From Alphaproteobacteria bacterium (lineage in GTDB: Bacteria; Pseudomonadota; Alphaproteobacteria; Bin95), in contig CAXXWS020000002.1 in NCBI GenBank assembly GCA_963665325.3, positions 672,001 through 736,000 of the forward strand: a stretch of DNA of 64,000 nucleotides, given 5' to 3'. Below the pieces are notes generated by a model that was given only the letters and a program-made list of their open reading frames with translations, did not search any database and had not been told where the DNA came from. The position numbers and the translations under genes are program-made. Below are positions 28,601 to 38,773 of the stretch, piece by piece; within the stretch, counting starts at the first letter, position 1; every line of letters starts with the position of its first letter.

Positions 28601-31600
28601 ACCGACTTTGCATCCACATATGAAAGCGGCCCGGATGGGGTCATAAAAGTCCATCCTGTTCCCAAGGACACGTTGATAGATTTCACCGGCGGGTACGGTG
28701 TGCCCATGAACCAGAACCATATAAAATTTCTCGTCACCGGAACCAGCGGCGTTGTTCGCCCTGTTGGTCTTCACGACTTGCACTTCAGTCCCGGCGATCT
28801 ATACAAGGATTACAAGTTTGTTGTAGGCGCCAACTGCCGTAGAGACGGTACGCTACCGCCTCAGGATCGCATAACAAACTTCAATAATAACTATGATGAC
28901 GGAAATAAATACTTCCGTCATGGCAGATGGGATTATACAGGCGACAATACCTTCAGAGACCCTGTAGGGGTGTATATCAGCGATCAGAGGAACTATTCAT
29001 GCGAAACAGGCGAAGCGTACGGCACTTCATGTAGCGGCAATTCCGGTTATGGAACTCCTATCTATTGCATGAAGCCTGATGACCAAGGACAAGTCACTCT
29101 AAGCAGCTTTGGCGTTTCAGGTAATGGCGGTTCCTGGGCTGGGAACAATCTGAAAGCGAAAATCAGGCCCAAGGCGGCCGGTGAAGATGCTTTTGTTGTC
29201 GAGGGATATGTCAAGAGGATCACAGAAGGCCATCCACTGACGTATTTTATTACGACCCATGATGGCCAGGAGCCCAAGCAGGGGGGAACAATTCATCTGA
29301 AGGCAACTGCTGTTGCCGGCGGAGCGCCGTTTGAGAACGATCAGAAAACCAAGGTTGTTGACATTCCAATAACCATTGGTAATGGCTGGTTTAGCCGCGC
29401 GGCTCCATATAACGGAGGTTTTATGTTTCAGGATTTCCTTACGGATGATGACAGTAAGAATGAAGGCGACTCTATTGTCAGGCTTGAAGTGGCCGAAGGT
29501 AACGAGTTCCCAATAAGATTTGCGAATGGTGAAGGTTACTTTGAATATACGGTGCTCGATAATGAAGCCGTCACCCTTAATTCGACATTGACCAACAACG
29601 GTATTTCCGAAACCAGCGGAACGGCGACACTGACCGTTAAGCTGCCGGAAGGAACTGTTGATGGCGATGATGCAGATATGATAGTGGATATTCTTCCGGC
29701 ACCCTATACATATTTCCACAATCATATCGACTGGACAGATCCCAGTGGTAATGGCGACAAGAGGCAAACGGCCACAATAGAAGCGACGGGTTGCGCGAGT
29801 GCTGTTCCCGCAACTGAAGCGGCTCCATATTTCAGATGTGTAGTATCCGCCTCCACCGCGGCGCAGTCGCTAACCTTTACATTCAGGGCACTGCCGCAGG
29901 GTGATGAATCGGATGACCGGAATCCAGGTCACACATATGATTTGGGCTTCCATGTAGGGCATTACCAGGAAGCGCAAAGCCTGCAACCGCAGTATGAGAT
30001 AACGGGCACAAGAGACGAATACAAGACGCTGGACGGTGTACTGTCGGTAGCAGGTGACGGAACAGACTTTACTGGGGCCAATGCAATCAAGGTACAGTCG
30101 GTTCCCGGTATTTTCGGCAACACTGGCATTGATAGCATCGTAATGGGCGCTTTCAAAGGCAACTATGGCGATGGCCAAATACCTTCCGATGCAACGCCGC
30201 TTGCCAATATAACGTTCTCGGAACCCGCTTCGAATGATGAAAGCCTCTTGAACAATGGCGATACGGTATATATCGCTTTCAAGAGAACATCGTCTAATCC
30301 GGAACAGTCTAAAGTGGTATCTACGACCTTCGATGTAGCTTTCAATCATGGGACAGCGATACCGGGCAAGGATTTCAGGGTATATTCATACGATCCCCGA
30401 AAATATTGCAAGGGTAGCGCCAGTTTCACGACCAACGCTCAAGGCCGGGTGATTGCCCAATGCGATGGTACATGGAGCACGGATACCAGAGACTGGCATT
30501 CATATGATTATGGTAGAGGCGTGAGCAACAGCATAGGCGATAGGGTTACGGTGGGAAGGTCTCTCAATGAGTGGGTTGTGGGTTTCAAACTGGTGCCCAT
30601 GAGGGATAATCTGGATGAAACTGCTGAAACTGTGATCGGGAGGTTTTTCAGAAAATCTATATCGTCTGCTAAAGGTGTATATCACTCACATTATACAAAG
30701 CTGCAAGGCGAAGTAAATGCAACTCTCGAAAATGCAGGTGCGGGTACCGTCCAAAACATAAGTAATGTGCAAGTAACTATACCTGATGTCACAGCACCAG
30801 AAGGCACACCGACAAAGTTTACCATGACGGTAAACTTCCCAAGTAATCAAAATGGCTGCCTTACCAGTAAACTGGATACGGATGCGCTTTGGGCATATCC
30901 TACCTTTTTGCAACCTGCTGTTGCTGGAAAGGCGCATGTTGGCAAACTGGTAAATCAGGGAGATTTTCTGATTGGTAATACTGCTACCGATAATGGACTA
31001 CAGTCGAATTCACACAGGTTTGCAGATACACGTTTCAAAATCTGTAGCACCAATACAAAGAAGGCCATTACCAGAGACTTTTACATATACGCACATTCTG
31101 ACGGGATAAATGATAATGGCGAAACGGCTAAATTGAAATTACAGGTGCCAAGCTATACTTCCGGTGGTAAGAAGTACGACAATAAAGTGACGGTAACGAA
31201 CGGAACATTGACCATTACCAATGATGGCCCGCTTCCTAAGGAGTGGATTGCGAGGTTCGGTCATGTCGTAGCCAGTGAAACGGTGGAAGCGGTGTCGGAC
31301 AGGGTAAGGGCGGACAGGAAGCCCGGTAGCAGCAGTCTTTCATTCGGAGCAATGCCTGGCGAAGAAGTGGCTATCACACAGGGTTCGGAAATAGTCGAGG
31401 GCTCTTCTTTCCATATAACCAGTGCCGAAAGGGATGGAGCCACATTGTCCGCATGGGGCAAGGTTTCCACATCCTCATTCGACGCCAGTGTAACCGACAT
31501 GGATCTGGATAGTGATAATACCCACGCAATGTTGGGTATTGATTATGCCGCAGGTTCATGGCTGGTCGGTGTTGGAGTCGGCTTGCATAATGGTGAGGGA

Positions 31601-32305
31601 GGAGCCGAAATGCTTGGTGAGGCTCTGGTATATGACATCGAAAGCAAGGTATCGAATGTCTTTCCATACGGGTCGATTACGGTGGGCAGCACAAAGGTGT
31701 GGTCGACGATCGGTTACGGTACCGGTGAAATCAGTATAAGACAGGAGTTGGGCAGTGGTGAAAAGAGTGACCTGGGAACTGCCGATACGGAATGGTGGAT
31801 GGCGGCTACAGGGCTCCGCTCGACGATGTTCGATGCCAAACATTACAGTATGGCAATTGTTGGCGATGTATTCTGGACCTCAATCGAATCTGGCGAGGGT
31901 GCTGGATATAGGGCGGCAGAGGCGGAGTCACACCGTGAAAGATTGGGTCTGGAAGTGGATATGGACTTTGACAGATTGTCATTTACCCCGTCGATATTTG
32001 CCAGAGCCGATGGCGGAGATGTTGGTAGTGGGACGGGAATCGAGTTAAATGCTTCGGTAAGCTGGGAAACATTGGAGGGATTGTTTCTTACAGGCTCGGG
32101 CAGCCATGTATTGGATTCGGATAATGAGTTCAATGCATACGCTATCGGCGCTGAATGGCAAACCGGATTCGGCCGTCCGTCGGTTTCCTGGAATCGGGAA
32201 AACTACAGCCTTGGATGGTCCAGGGAGTTCAGCGGTGGTGTGTTGGGCATAAACACTATACCCGATGAGCAAGCCATGAGATTGGACCTTTCTTTGAGGT
32301 TCTGA
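25690..32305 (+). CDS. giant secreted Calx-beta-like repeat / autotransporter-like surface protein, frameshifted at a C14 tract (2204 aa if C13)
   Basis: 25690-26031 has RBS GGGGAG and a signal peptide. The downstream frame has repeated ITEG...F...DDxxDE..DG...V.L..G.GY.....V.DDD modules and a C-terminal beta-barrel-like region ending LDLSLRF. Visibly AT-richer than the host. Confidence 0.8.
26009..26022 (+). repeat. poly-C(14) homopolymer, candidate slipped-strand ON/OFF switch
   Basis: C14 gives a stop at 26029-26031; C13 or C16 joins the two frames. Confidence 0.8.
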
Positions 32306-32680
32306 TATCCCTTTCAGAAGATGGGGGCTTCGGGCAAAGGATCTCGGGTATAGGTAAGGACGACAGCCGACCGCGGGCCGGTGAAGCGGAGCCCGGTCGA
32401 AGCGTTCCTTTCCTGCCTGTCCGATTGTGTTGACGCTTTGGAGTGAAGCCCTCGAAGCTATTGGGGGGAATGGCAACCAGTATGGCGGAGTGCGATAGGG
32501 CGAAAATGGCATGACGGATGCGAAGCGGGATGTCGACGAAGACGGTTTTCTGGAGAAGAACCGGGAATAGTCTTATTGGCATGAGGGGGAGTAGGTCCGT
32601 CGACCGGTCGGAAATCGGGCTTGACGCCAATCACCAGTGCCTATAGCTGGCAAGTACCGAAGTGGCAGAGAGGGGACGCT

Positions 32681-33397
32681 GTGCCAAAGCCTATATCCAC
32701 CCCGACCGCGAGGCAGGGTATCCAGATCGGCGACAGGTTGATGGTCGAATGCGAAGACGGGCTTTTCTACAAGTCGGTCGTTATCGGGTTGTCGGAAAAG
32801 AGCATAAACATCCTGTTCGACAGTGGGGGCGAACAAGCCGAAATAAGCCGGCAGGCGGCTACGGATCCTGTCAGGGGGATATGTGCGCTCGATCAGCGGG
32901 AATGGCTCGATGCAGGCCTTTCCGGCGAGAAAGCAGACCAATTGTTGCAAGCGGAGCATTCAGGGCAAGGGGATTTCCCCGGAATGGAGAGCGCAGCGCC
33001 GCAAGGCCGTCCGCGCCGCCGGCGGCGGACGCGCGAGGAAATCGCGGCAAACAAGGCAAACGCTCCCGCCAGCTTGGAGCATAATCGACCGTCCGGCGTC
33101 GTGGACGGCATGGGGGGCCAGCTAAAGGGCTACCGAAACAAGCTGGCGGCTCTCCCGACACTGACGCTCGAGAGCATGATGGCCGTTTTCAGGAAGGCGA
33201 ACCCGGACGACCTGACAGAAGCGCAAAGCGCTATCTATGGCGAGTTCCACGATATGCGCCAGCTTGAAGAAGCGTTCCCCGATAAACTGCCGTCGCTGGA
33301 TCCGAACGATTATGACGCCTGCCGGGCAATGAATCAGGAAAGCACGACCGATGATCTGCTGGCACCCACAATGTATGAGAGAACCAATGCGGTATAG
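32681..33397 (+). CDS. hypothetical protein with Tudor/SH3-like N-terminus and Arg-rich patch
   Basis: GTG start after AGAGGGG; IQIGDRLMVECEDGLFYKSVVI...ILFDSG; PRRRRRTREEI; followed by a terminator. Domain call is by eye only. Confidence 0.5.
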   Translation: MPKPISTPTARQGIQIGDRLMVECEDGLFYKSVVIGLSEKSINILFDSGGEQAEISRQAATDPVRGICALDQREWLDAGLSGEKADQLLQAEHSGQGDFPGMESAAPQGRPRRRRRTREEIAANKANAPASLEHNRPSGVVDGMGGQLKGYRNKLAALPTLTLESMMAVFRKANPDDLTEAQSAIYGEFHDMRQLEEAFPDKLPSLDPNDYDACRAMNQESTTDDLLAPTMYERTNAV

Positions 33398-33422
33398 CCT
33401 CCAAAGGGCATATCGTTCCAAG

Positions 33423-33446
33423 GGGAGGCTTCGGCTCTCCCTTTTT
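33423..33446 (+). terminator. Rho-independent terminator
   Basis: GGGAGGC-TTCG-GCTCTCCC stem (cUUCGg loop, one bulge) followed by TTTTT, 25 nt after the stop at 33397. Confidence 0.7.
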
Positions 33447-33637
33447 GGTTCAGCAAGAAGGGCCGAAAGGCTTTAAGACGCTCAGACGCATATTCTGGCT
33501 CAACTTCAACAGCACGGACAAAAAGCCGGGCACCGCTCTTCCTGCCGGTCTCCCGGAGGCGGCCGGCTCCAGGCGGAGCGCGAGGTGGGCGCGTCGGGTG
33601 TGTGAACCACGCGCCGAAGGGCAGGCTCGGCACTCCA

Positions 33638-34948
33638 TCAAAAGGTCTTCGAAAAACCGATTGTGGCACCCTGATTGCGCCAGGCGTTAATCGGGATACT
33701 GGAGCGGTTCCATTCGTGGAAATATCCGATATACGGAGCGAATCCTTGGAGTTGCAGTGCGCGGTGAAGCAAGTTCACGGAGAGGCGCGTCTGCCGGTCC
33801 GAGCGCGTCTTTCCGAAGAGAGGGGTTGCGCCGTCGTAGCGCCGCCAGTGCATGGCCATTCGGGGCGAGATGGAGAGGCCGCCTGCGAAGGCATGGGAGA
33901 CCCCGAAAGCGAAGCCGCCAAGCCGGCTGCCGTGACGGTCCTCGCGGGCCCCGAGATGTTCGAGGTCGAGTTCGACCCGGAACGTCGTCCGGGAGTCGAG
34001 TGCGTAGTCGAGGCCGGGCCGCAGGGTAACGGTCCAGCCGTTCAGCCCGGGATGGTCCCGATGGCCGCGGCGCTCCGCGTTGAGCGCGGCGTCGAGCCGC
34101 AAGGCCGGCGACAGGCGCACGCGGCCGCGCACCCAGGGGCCGATCCCGTCGCTGTAGCGCTTTCCGCCCAGCCATCGCCGGCTGAGGCGAAGGCCGCCGG
34201 ATGCGCTCCCCCGATCAAACAGCCGCGCGGCCCCGATATCGCTTTGGACCGAGATATCGTTCCAGTCGGATTTCTCGTAGAGCTTTGCCGCCGCCGAAGC
34301 CGCCAGCACGCCGCGCCAGTCGTCGGCAAGGACGGACGAATATTGTGCGCCCGTGCCGAGCAGCAAGCCCGTTCCGGATGCTTCGCGGGCATCCTCGTCG
34401 AGACGGAACGGCACGCCGCCGATACGTATTTCGTCGTCATCCGTGCGCTTTGCCGGATTGCTCTCCGGCAGAATCGCCGCGGAGATCGAGGCCGACCATC
34501 GCTTGCGGGCATCGATCCGGTCGAGCCACGCCTCCACCGCCTTCTCGACGGAAGATGGCAGTTCATCCGCGAGCGAAGCCTCGAAATGGAACCGGGCTTT
34601 TCCGTCGCGTCCGAGCAGGCCGTAGACGCGGGCCAGTTCGAGCCTGGCCCGCGTCAGCTCCGGGCGGAGAGCCAGGACCGCCTCGAAACGCCGGGCGGCG
34701 TCGCGCAGACGCCCGAGCCGGGCTTCTGCGCTGCCCAGCAGGAACAGCCGCTCAATATCTTCTTCCTCGTCGCCGGGTCGTGCCTGCTCCAGGAATGCAT
34801 GCGCGTCGCGGAAACGGCCGGCATCGAACAGAAGCCGACCGAACTGCATGTCGTCAGGCACGTTCCGAACATCGGCCGTTTGGCCGAGCGCAGTCGCGGC
34901 GAACAGCAGCGCCGCCGCGACCGCAGCCGGGAGTGCGCCCGCGCGCAC
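33638..34948 (-). CDS. surface lipoprotein assembly modulator (SLAM / type XI secretion translocon): TPR + beta-barrel
   Basis: Signal peptide; TPR-like segment (RLFLLG...RPELTRARLELARVY...ARFHFE); barrel ending RSSIPINAWRNQGATIGFSKTF; adjacent TbpB-like cargo. Confidence 0.85.
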   Translation of the reverse strand: MRAGALPAAVAAALLFAATALGQTADVRNVPDDMQFGRLLFDAGRFRDAHAFLEQARPGDEEEDIERLFLLGSAEARLGRLRDAARRFEAVLALRPELTRARLELARVYGLLGRDGKARFHFEASLADELPSSVEKAVEAWLDRIDARKRWSASISAAILPESNPAKRTDDDEIRIGGVPFRLDEDAREASGTGLLLGTGAQYSSVLADDWRGVLAASAAAKLYEKSDWNDISVQSDIGAARLFDRGSASGGLRLSRRWLGGKRYSDGIGPWVRGRVRLSPALRLDAALNAERRGHRDHPGLNGWTVTLRPGLDYALDSRTTFRVELDLEHLGAREDRHGSRLGGFAFGVSHAFAGGLSISPRMAMHWRRYDGATPLFGKTRSDRQTRLSVNLLHRALQLQGFAPYIGYFHEWNRSSIPINAWRNQGATIGFSKTF

Positions 34949-34960
34949 CTGCGGGCGGCG

Positions 34961-36787
34961 CTACTGGCGGGCACCGCCGAACCAGCCGTGAAGCAGCTTG
35001 CCGTCCGCTCCCGTCGCCTGCATGACGCCGGCGGCCTCGGCGACGGCTGGCCCGTAGAAGGCGCCCGAGACGGTGCCGTCATAACCCAGACCCGACAGGC
35101 TGCCCGACAGGGCGTTCCCCTCGATGGCGCCGTTGAAGATCGTGAACTCGCCGGCAGTCGCCTGGTACGATTCACGCTGGAAGTAGCCCGGGCTATGCTC
35201 CAGATCCGAAATGCGCCCGGAGACGCTGCCCGCCGCGAAGTCCGCCGACAGGGTCAGCGATCCGCTATAGCCCTCGGCGTAGTTGGAGGAGGCGCGCCCC
35301 TCTCCCGGGGCCGGTGCGAAGACATAGGCGGCCGCCTTGCCGGCATAGGTCGCCGTTCCCGTCTGCGGCATGCTGGCGGAGGCGGTCCTGGTTCCGTGGA
35401 CAACCGATTCCCAACTAAAGGAGTCTGCCGAACTCGTGGTCCCATCGGGGTAAACTCCGACCAGCCAGTCCTTCACGTTGTAGTGCTGTCCTTGCGGCAC
35501 CCGGTCCGCGTAGTGCGGGCGCCGGAACCAGGCCAACAAGGTGCCGGTTCTTTTCTGATAAACCTCGGCCCTGCTTCCGGTGCCGATGTCATCGACGCTC
35601 ATGGACACGGTCTGTAGCGTCCCGTCAACCAGATAGGAGATCGTGTATCCGCCGGCATTATCCGCTTCGATGGCCGTGATCCGGTTGTTCGCGTCCTGAG
35701 CCACAATGCGGGGCGATGCCGAGTTGTAGCCGAGGCGGTTTACGCCGGCCTGCAACGGCTCATTGTCGGTGTGTTCGCCGACGACATCCGCACGTGTGCC
35801 GCCGAGATATCCTATCACTGCCCAATCGTCGTCGTCGCCGCCGGCGCGGGCCGCAGTGAGAGACGCGCCGAACTCGCGCGCGTTCGGCCCGTAGAACTGG
35901 CCCGATACATCGCCGGCGAACCCGCGCACGCTGTCGCCCAGAGGCACATTCGCATCGTCGTCCACACCCGTCAGGGTGGCCGTAAACCCATCGTTGGCGA
36001 TCTCGCCATCGGAGATTTCGAGCCGCGTGGTCGAAGCGAGGTTCCGGTAATCGGACTCGCCCGGCCCTCGTATCCTCAGACGGAAAATGCGTCCGTCCAA
36101 AGTCGCATCCGCAAAGTCAGCCGTCAGCACCAGATTGCCTTGAACCCGGGAACGGGCGACCGAGGTGGAGACGGAGTCGAGAGTATTGTCATAGGCGTCG
36201 GCGTGCATCCGCCCGATGTAGGTCGCGGTTCCCGTCGGCATGTCCTCCGGACCGGTCGGGATGCCGTAAGTCCAGACAAGCCTTGCCCCGTCCGGATGAT
36301 GGGAACCGAGAACATCGAAATAATCGAATTCCGACCCGATGCCATAGTTCTCACCGTCGAACGATCCGGCAGAGCTCCAGAACCAGTACTGTCGGCCGTC
36401 TACGTCCTTGGTATAGGAGGTTGTGTCCCGGGTTGCGAAGTCGCCCTTCGAGAAGTGCACGGTCGTTTCGGTGCCGTCGATGACATAGGTCACATGGAAT
36501 CCGTTGTCGCCGTCGCTCGCCACGGAGGAGATCGAGAAACGGTCGCCCACGGAAGCCCTGTCGGCACTGTAGTCGAACTCGAGCGCCTTCGAGACGGCCC
36601 CGAACATTTCGGTCGGATCCGGAACGAGCTCGGCCAGGGTCGGCGCCGGAGGCGTGGCGGGCGGCAGCGGCATCGGGCCGCCTGTCTTGCCGGCAGTGCT
36701 TCCTCCCCCGCCTCCACAGCCGGCAAGGGCGAGCACGGCAACGAGCGGAAGGGCAATCGAGGTCTTGCGCAGGACGGTAAAAGTCAT
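34961..36787 (-). CDS. two-lobed transferrin-binding-protein-B-like surface lipoprotein (T11SS cargo)
   Basis: Lipobox LAGC + GGGGGS linker; two copies of MPxGTATYxG...ADF..G.I...G.FYGP...E..G. Confidence 0.85.
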   Translation of the reverse strand: MTFTVLRKTSIALPLVAVLALAGCGGGGGSTAGKTGGPMPLPPATPPAPTLAELVPDPTEMFGAVSKALEFDYSADRASVGDRFSISSVASDGDNGFHVTYVIDGTETTVHFSKGDFATRDTTSYTKDVDGRQYWFWSSAGSFDGENYGIGSEFDYFDVLGSHHPDGARLVWTYGIPTGPEDMPTGTATYIGRMHADAYDNTLDSVSTSVARSRVQGNLVLTADFADATLDGRIFRLRIRGPGESDYRNLASTTRLEISDGEIANDGFTATLTGVDDDANVPLGDSVRGFAGDVSGQFYGPNAREFGASLTAARAGGDDDDWAVIGYLGGTRADVVGEHTDNEPLQAGVNRLGYNSASPRIVAQDANNRITAIEADNAGGYTISYLVDGTLQTVSMSVDDIGTGSRAEVYQKRTGTLLAWFRRPHYADRVPQGQHYNVKDWLVGVYPDGTTSSADSFSWESVVHGTRTASASMPQTGTATYAGKAAAYVFAPAPGEGRASSNYAEGYSGSLTLSADFAAGSVSGRISDLEHSPGYFQRESYQATAGEFTIFNGAIEGNALSGSLSGLGYDGTVSGAFYGPAVAEAAGVMQATGADGKLLHGWFGGARQ

Positions 36788-37148
36788 CGCGAAAGCTCCT
36801 GTTCGGGATTGAGAGAAAGGCGGCTGACAAACGGTATCCGATCGGCCTGACGCAGGATGTGCAGGCCGGGCCGGGGGCGCAGCGGGATCGATAGGGTGGA
36901 GTGAGTGCGGTTCCGCCGAACGGCGCGTGGCGGCAAAAAACGAACTGCGGTTGGACCGGTCGCAGTGAGGCCGGGCGTCCGAATGCCGACAACTGCGCGG
37001 CAATATGTCCGTTCCGCCCAAGGCGAACGAAATACGGGACGCCGCCGTCTGCTACGGCGGCAAAGGGCTTCGGAAGGGAGGAGGTGCCGGTCTCGGCGAC
37101 CGGGAGTGCGGGACTGCCCTAGCGGGCTACAACATGCGCTGACATCAA

Positions 37149-37274
37149 GAGGCGCGAGGCGCGAGGCGCGAGGCGCGAGGCGCGAGGCGCGAGGCGCGAG
37201 GCGCGAGGCGCGAGGCGCGAGGCGCGAGGCGCGAGGCGCGAGGCGCGAGGCGCGAGGCGCGAGGCGCGAGGCGC
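37149..37274 (+). repeat. perfect tandem repeat (GAGGCGC)x18
   Basis: Counted directly: 126 bp with no mismatches. Confidence 0.95.
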
Positions 37275-37287
37275 GATTCTACCCGCT

Positions 37288-37554
37288 ATGCCAACCGACA
37301 GCATCAAACCCTGTCGTCCCCTCTCTGACTTCGACTGGAATATAGTCAGCCTCTCCGGGCCGGCGCAAGCTCGAAGTGCCGTTAGCTTTGGGTTCGGGTT
37401 CACCGCCGCGGACGATGGCGGGCGCGAGGTGTTCGTCCATTACCGCGCCCTGTCGCGCGCCGGCCTGGAGATACTGGAACCCGGAGAGCGCGTGAGCTTC
37501 CGGATCGAAGAGGTCCCGCGCGGCCTTCAGGCCAGCGACATCGCGCCGGTCTGA
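37288..37554 (+). pseudogene. cold-shock-domain gene with missing/replaced N-terminus
   Basis: GFGFTAADDGGREVFVHYRAL...LEPGERVSF...RGLQA matches CspA RNP1/RNP2 and C-terminus, but the GxVKWFN first strand is absent. Confidence 0.6.
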
Positions 37555-37575
37555 CGCCGCCGGCGCCATTGTCCT

Positions 37576-38025
37576 TCAGAGCAGCTCGCCCTGCGGGCGG
37601 GGCTCCACGCCGGATGTCCCGGACTTCTCCGGCTCCTCCGGCGCCAGGGCCGCGGCGACCCGCTTCGCAGCCGCTTCGCCGACCGCAGGCGCCAGGACCG
37701 CGCACAACTCCGCCGCCCGGCCCGAAGCGGCAAGCTCGCCCGCCCAGGCGGCAAACAGCACGGCAAGCCGCTCATGCAGCCCGGAGCGCAAAATGCCGCG
37801 ACCGCTCTTCCCGGACAGAAAGGGCCGCAGATGGCGCACGGCCTCCAGCAGGCCGCGTTCGCCCTCGAGCGTCCGGCCCCCCGCCTCCGCCAGCGCCGCG
37901 TCCACAAGATAGCGCGAGATCGATTTCCCCTGCCCCCGCGCCCGGTCTTCCGCCAGCGCCCATTCCTCGTCCGTCGCCGAGATCGAAAGCCGCACAAGCG
38001 CCGAACCGGGCAGCGGGCGGCTCAT
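37576..38025 (-). CDS. ribbon-helix-helix / MobC-like protein
   Basis: VRLSISATDEEWALAEDRARGQGKSISRYLVDAAL pattern; start overlaps the upstream gene stop. Confidence 0.65.
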   Translation of the reverse strand: MSRPLPGSALVRLSISATDEEWALAEDRARGQGKSISRYLVDAALAEAGGRTLEGERGLLEAVRHLRPFLSGKSGRGILRSGLHERLAVLFAAWAGELAASGRAAELCAVLAPAVGEAAAKRVAAALAPEEPEKSGTSGVEPRPQGELL

Positions 38026-38318
38026 CTCCCGCCGTCCTTCGGCGCCGCTTCTTCCGGGCTGCCTTCATCGGCCACGGCGCCGCGTATCATGTCCGCGAAA
38101 CCGATCAGCCGGCGGACCCCGTCATGCAGTTCGGCCCGTTCCGCCTCCGACAGGCCGGGAGCCTCTCCCTTGCCGCCGCCGTCCCCCAGCGCCCGCTCCA
38201 GCACGAAGGACGAAACCGACACTCCCGCCGCTGCCGCCCGCTCACCGAGCGTATCCCGCTCCCCCGGGCTGCAATACACGCTGCGGGGACGTTTCGCAGT
38301 CTCGGCTCTTCTCCGCAT
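38022..38318 (-). CDS. ribbon-helix-helix / MobC-like protein
   Basis: RPRSVYCSPGERDTLGERAAAAGVSVSSFVLERAL pattern; start at MRRRAET. Confidence 0.65.
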   Translation of the reverse strand: MRRRAETAKRPRSVYCSPGERDTLGERAAAAGVSVSSFVLERALGDGGGKGEAPGLSEAERAELHDGVRRLIGFADMIRGAVADEGSPEEAAPKDGGR

Positions 38319-38423
38319 GCCGCAGTCCTCCAGTATACGCTCCGGGCTCTGCAACGGCTTCCCTTGCGGCGTCCTCACTGCGCCGACACCCTCCGGCCCG
38401 GACAACCGGCCGCATCCCGCACA

Positions 38424-38642
38424 TTGTGGCGTAACAGCACAAGATTGTCGACCTTATGGCGCAACGACACAAGCCCGGCGCCTCCATGCACGACGATGCA
38501 GAGACTTTATGGTGTTGCGCCATAAGAGCGCCGGTCTTGTGGCGTGGCAACACAAGACCCGCTCCGTTTATGGCGCAATGACACAAGACATCCTTATGGC
38601 GCAGCACCATAAGGCGGCAGGCTTGTGGCGCAACTACACAAG
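38424..38642. repeat. array of seven 20-bp quasi-palindromic repeats TTRTGG-N8-CAYAAG
   Basis: Copies start at 38424, 38454, 38507, 38537, 38568, 38594 and 38623 (e.g. ttatggcgcaacgacacaag). Confidence 0.85.
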
Positions 38643-38736
38643 CATCGCCGCGCCCGCCCGGTCAAGGGCATTGACGGACCCTTTCGGGCATGAAACACAG
38701 GATCGATATGACTGTTCCCCGGTGGAACACAGGAGC

Positions 38737-38773
38737 ACCACATCAATGTGGTATCCATGTTCACATGGATACC
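38737..38773. repeat. two overlapping perfect inverted repeats
   Basis: ACCACAT-CA-ATGTGGT (38737-38752) and GGTATCCATGT-TC-ACATGGATACC (38750-38773). Confidence 0.8.

Noticed and set aside
36905-37403. ORFs encoding ARREARG / RLAPRAS repeats
   Set aside because: They are by-products of translating the stop-free heptamer array; no other coding signal.
38424-38642. CRISPR array
   Set aside because: Repeats are degenerate 20-mers with 6-33 bp gaps, one is inverted, and no cas genes are present.
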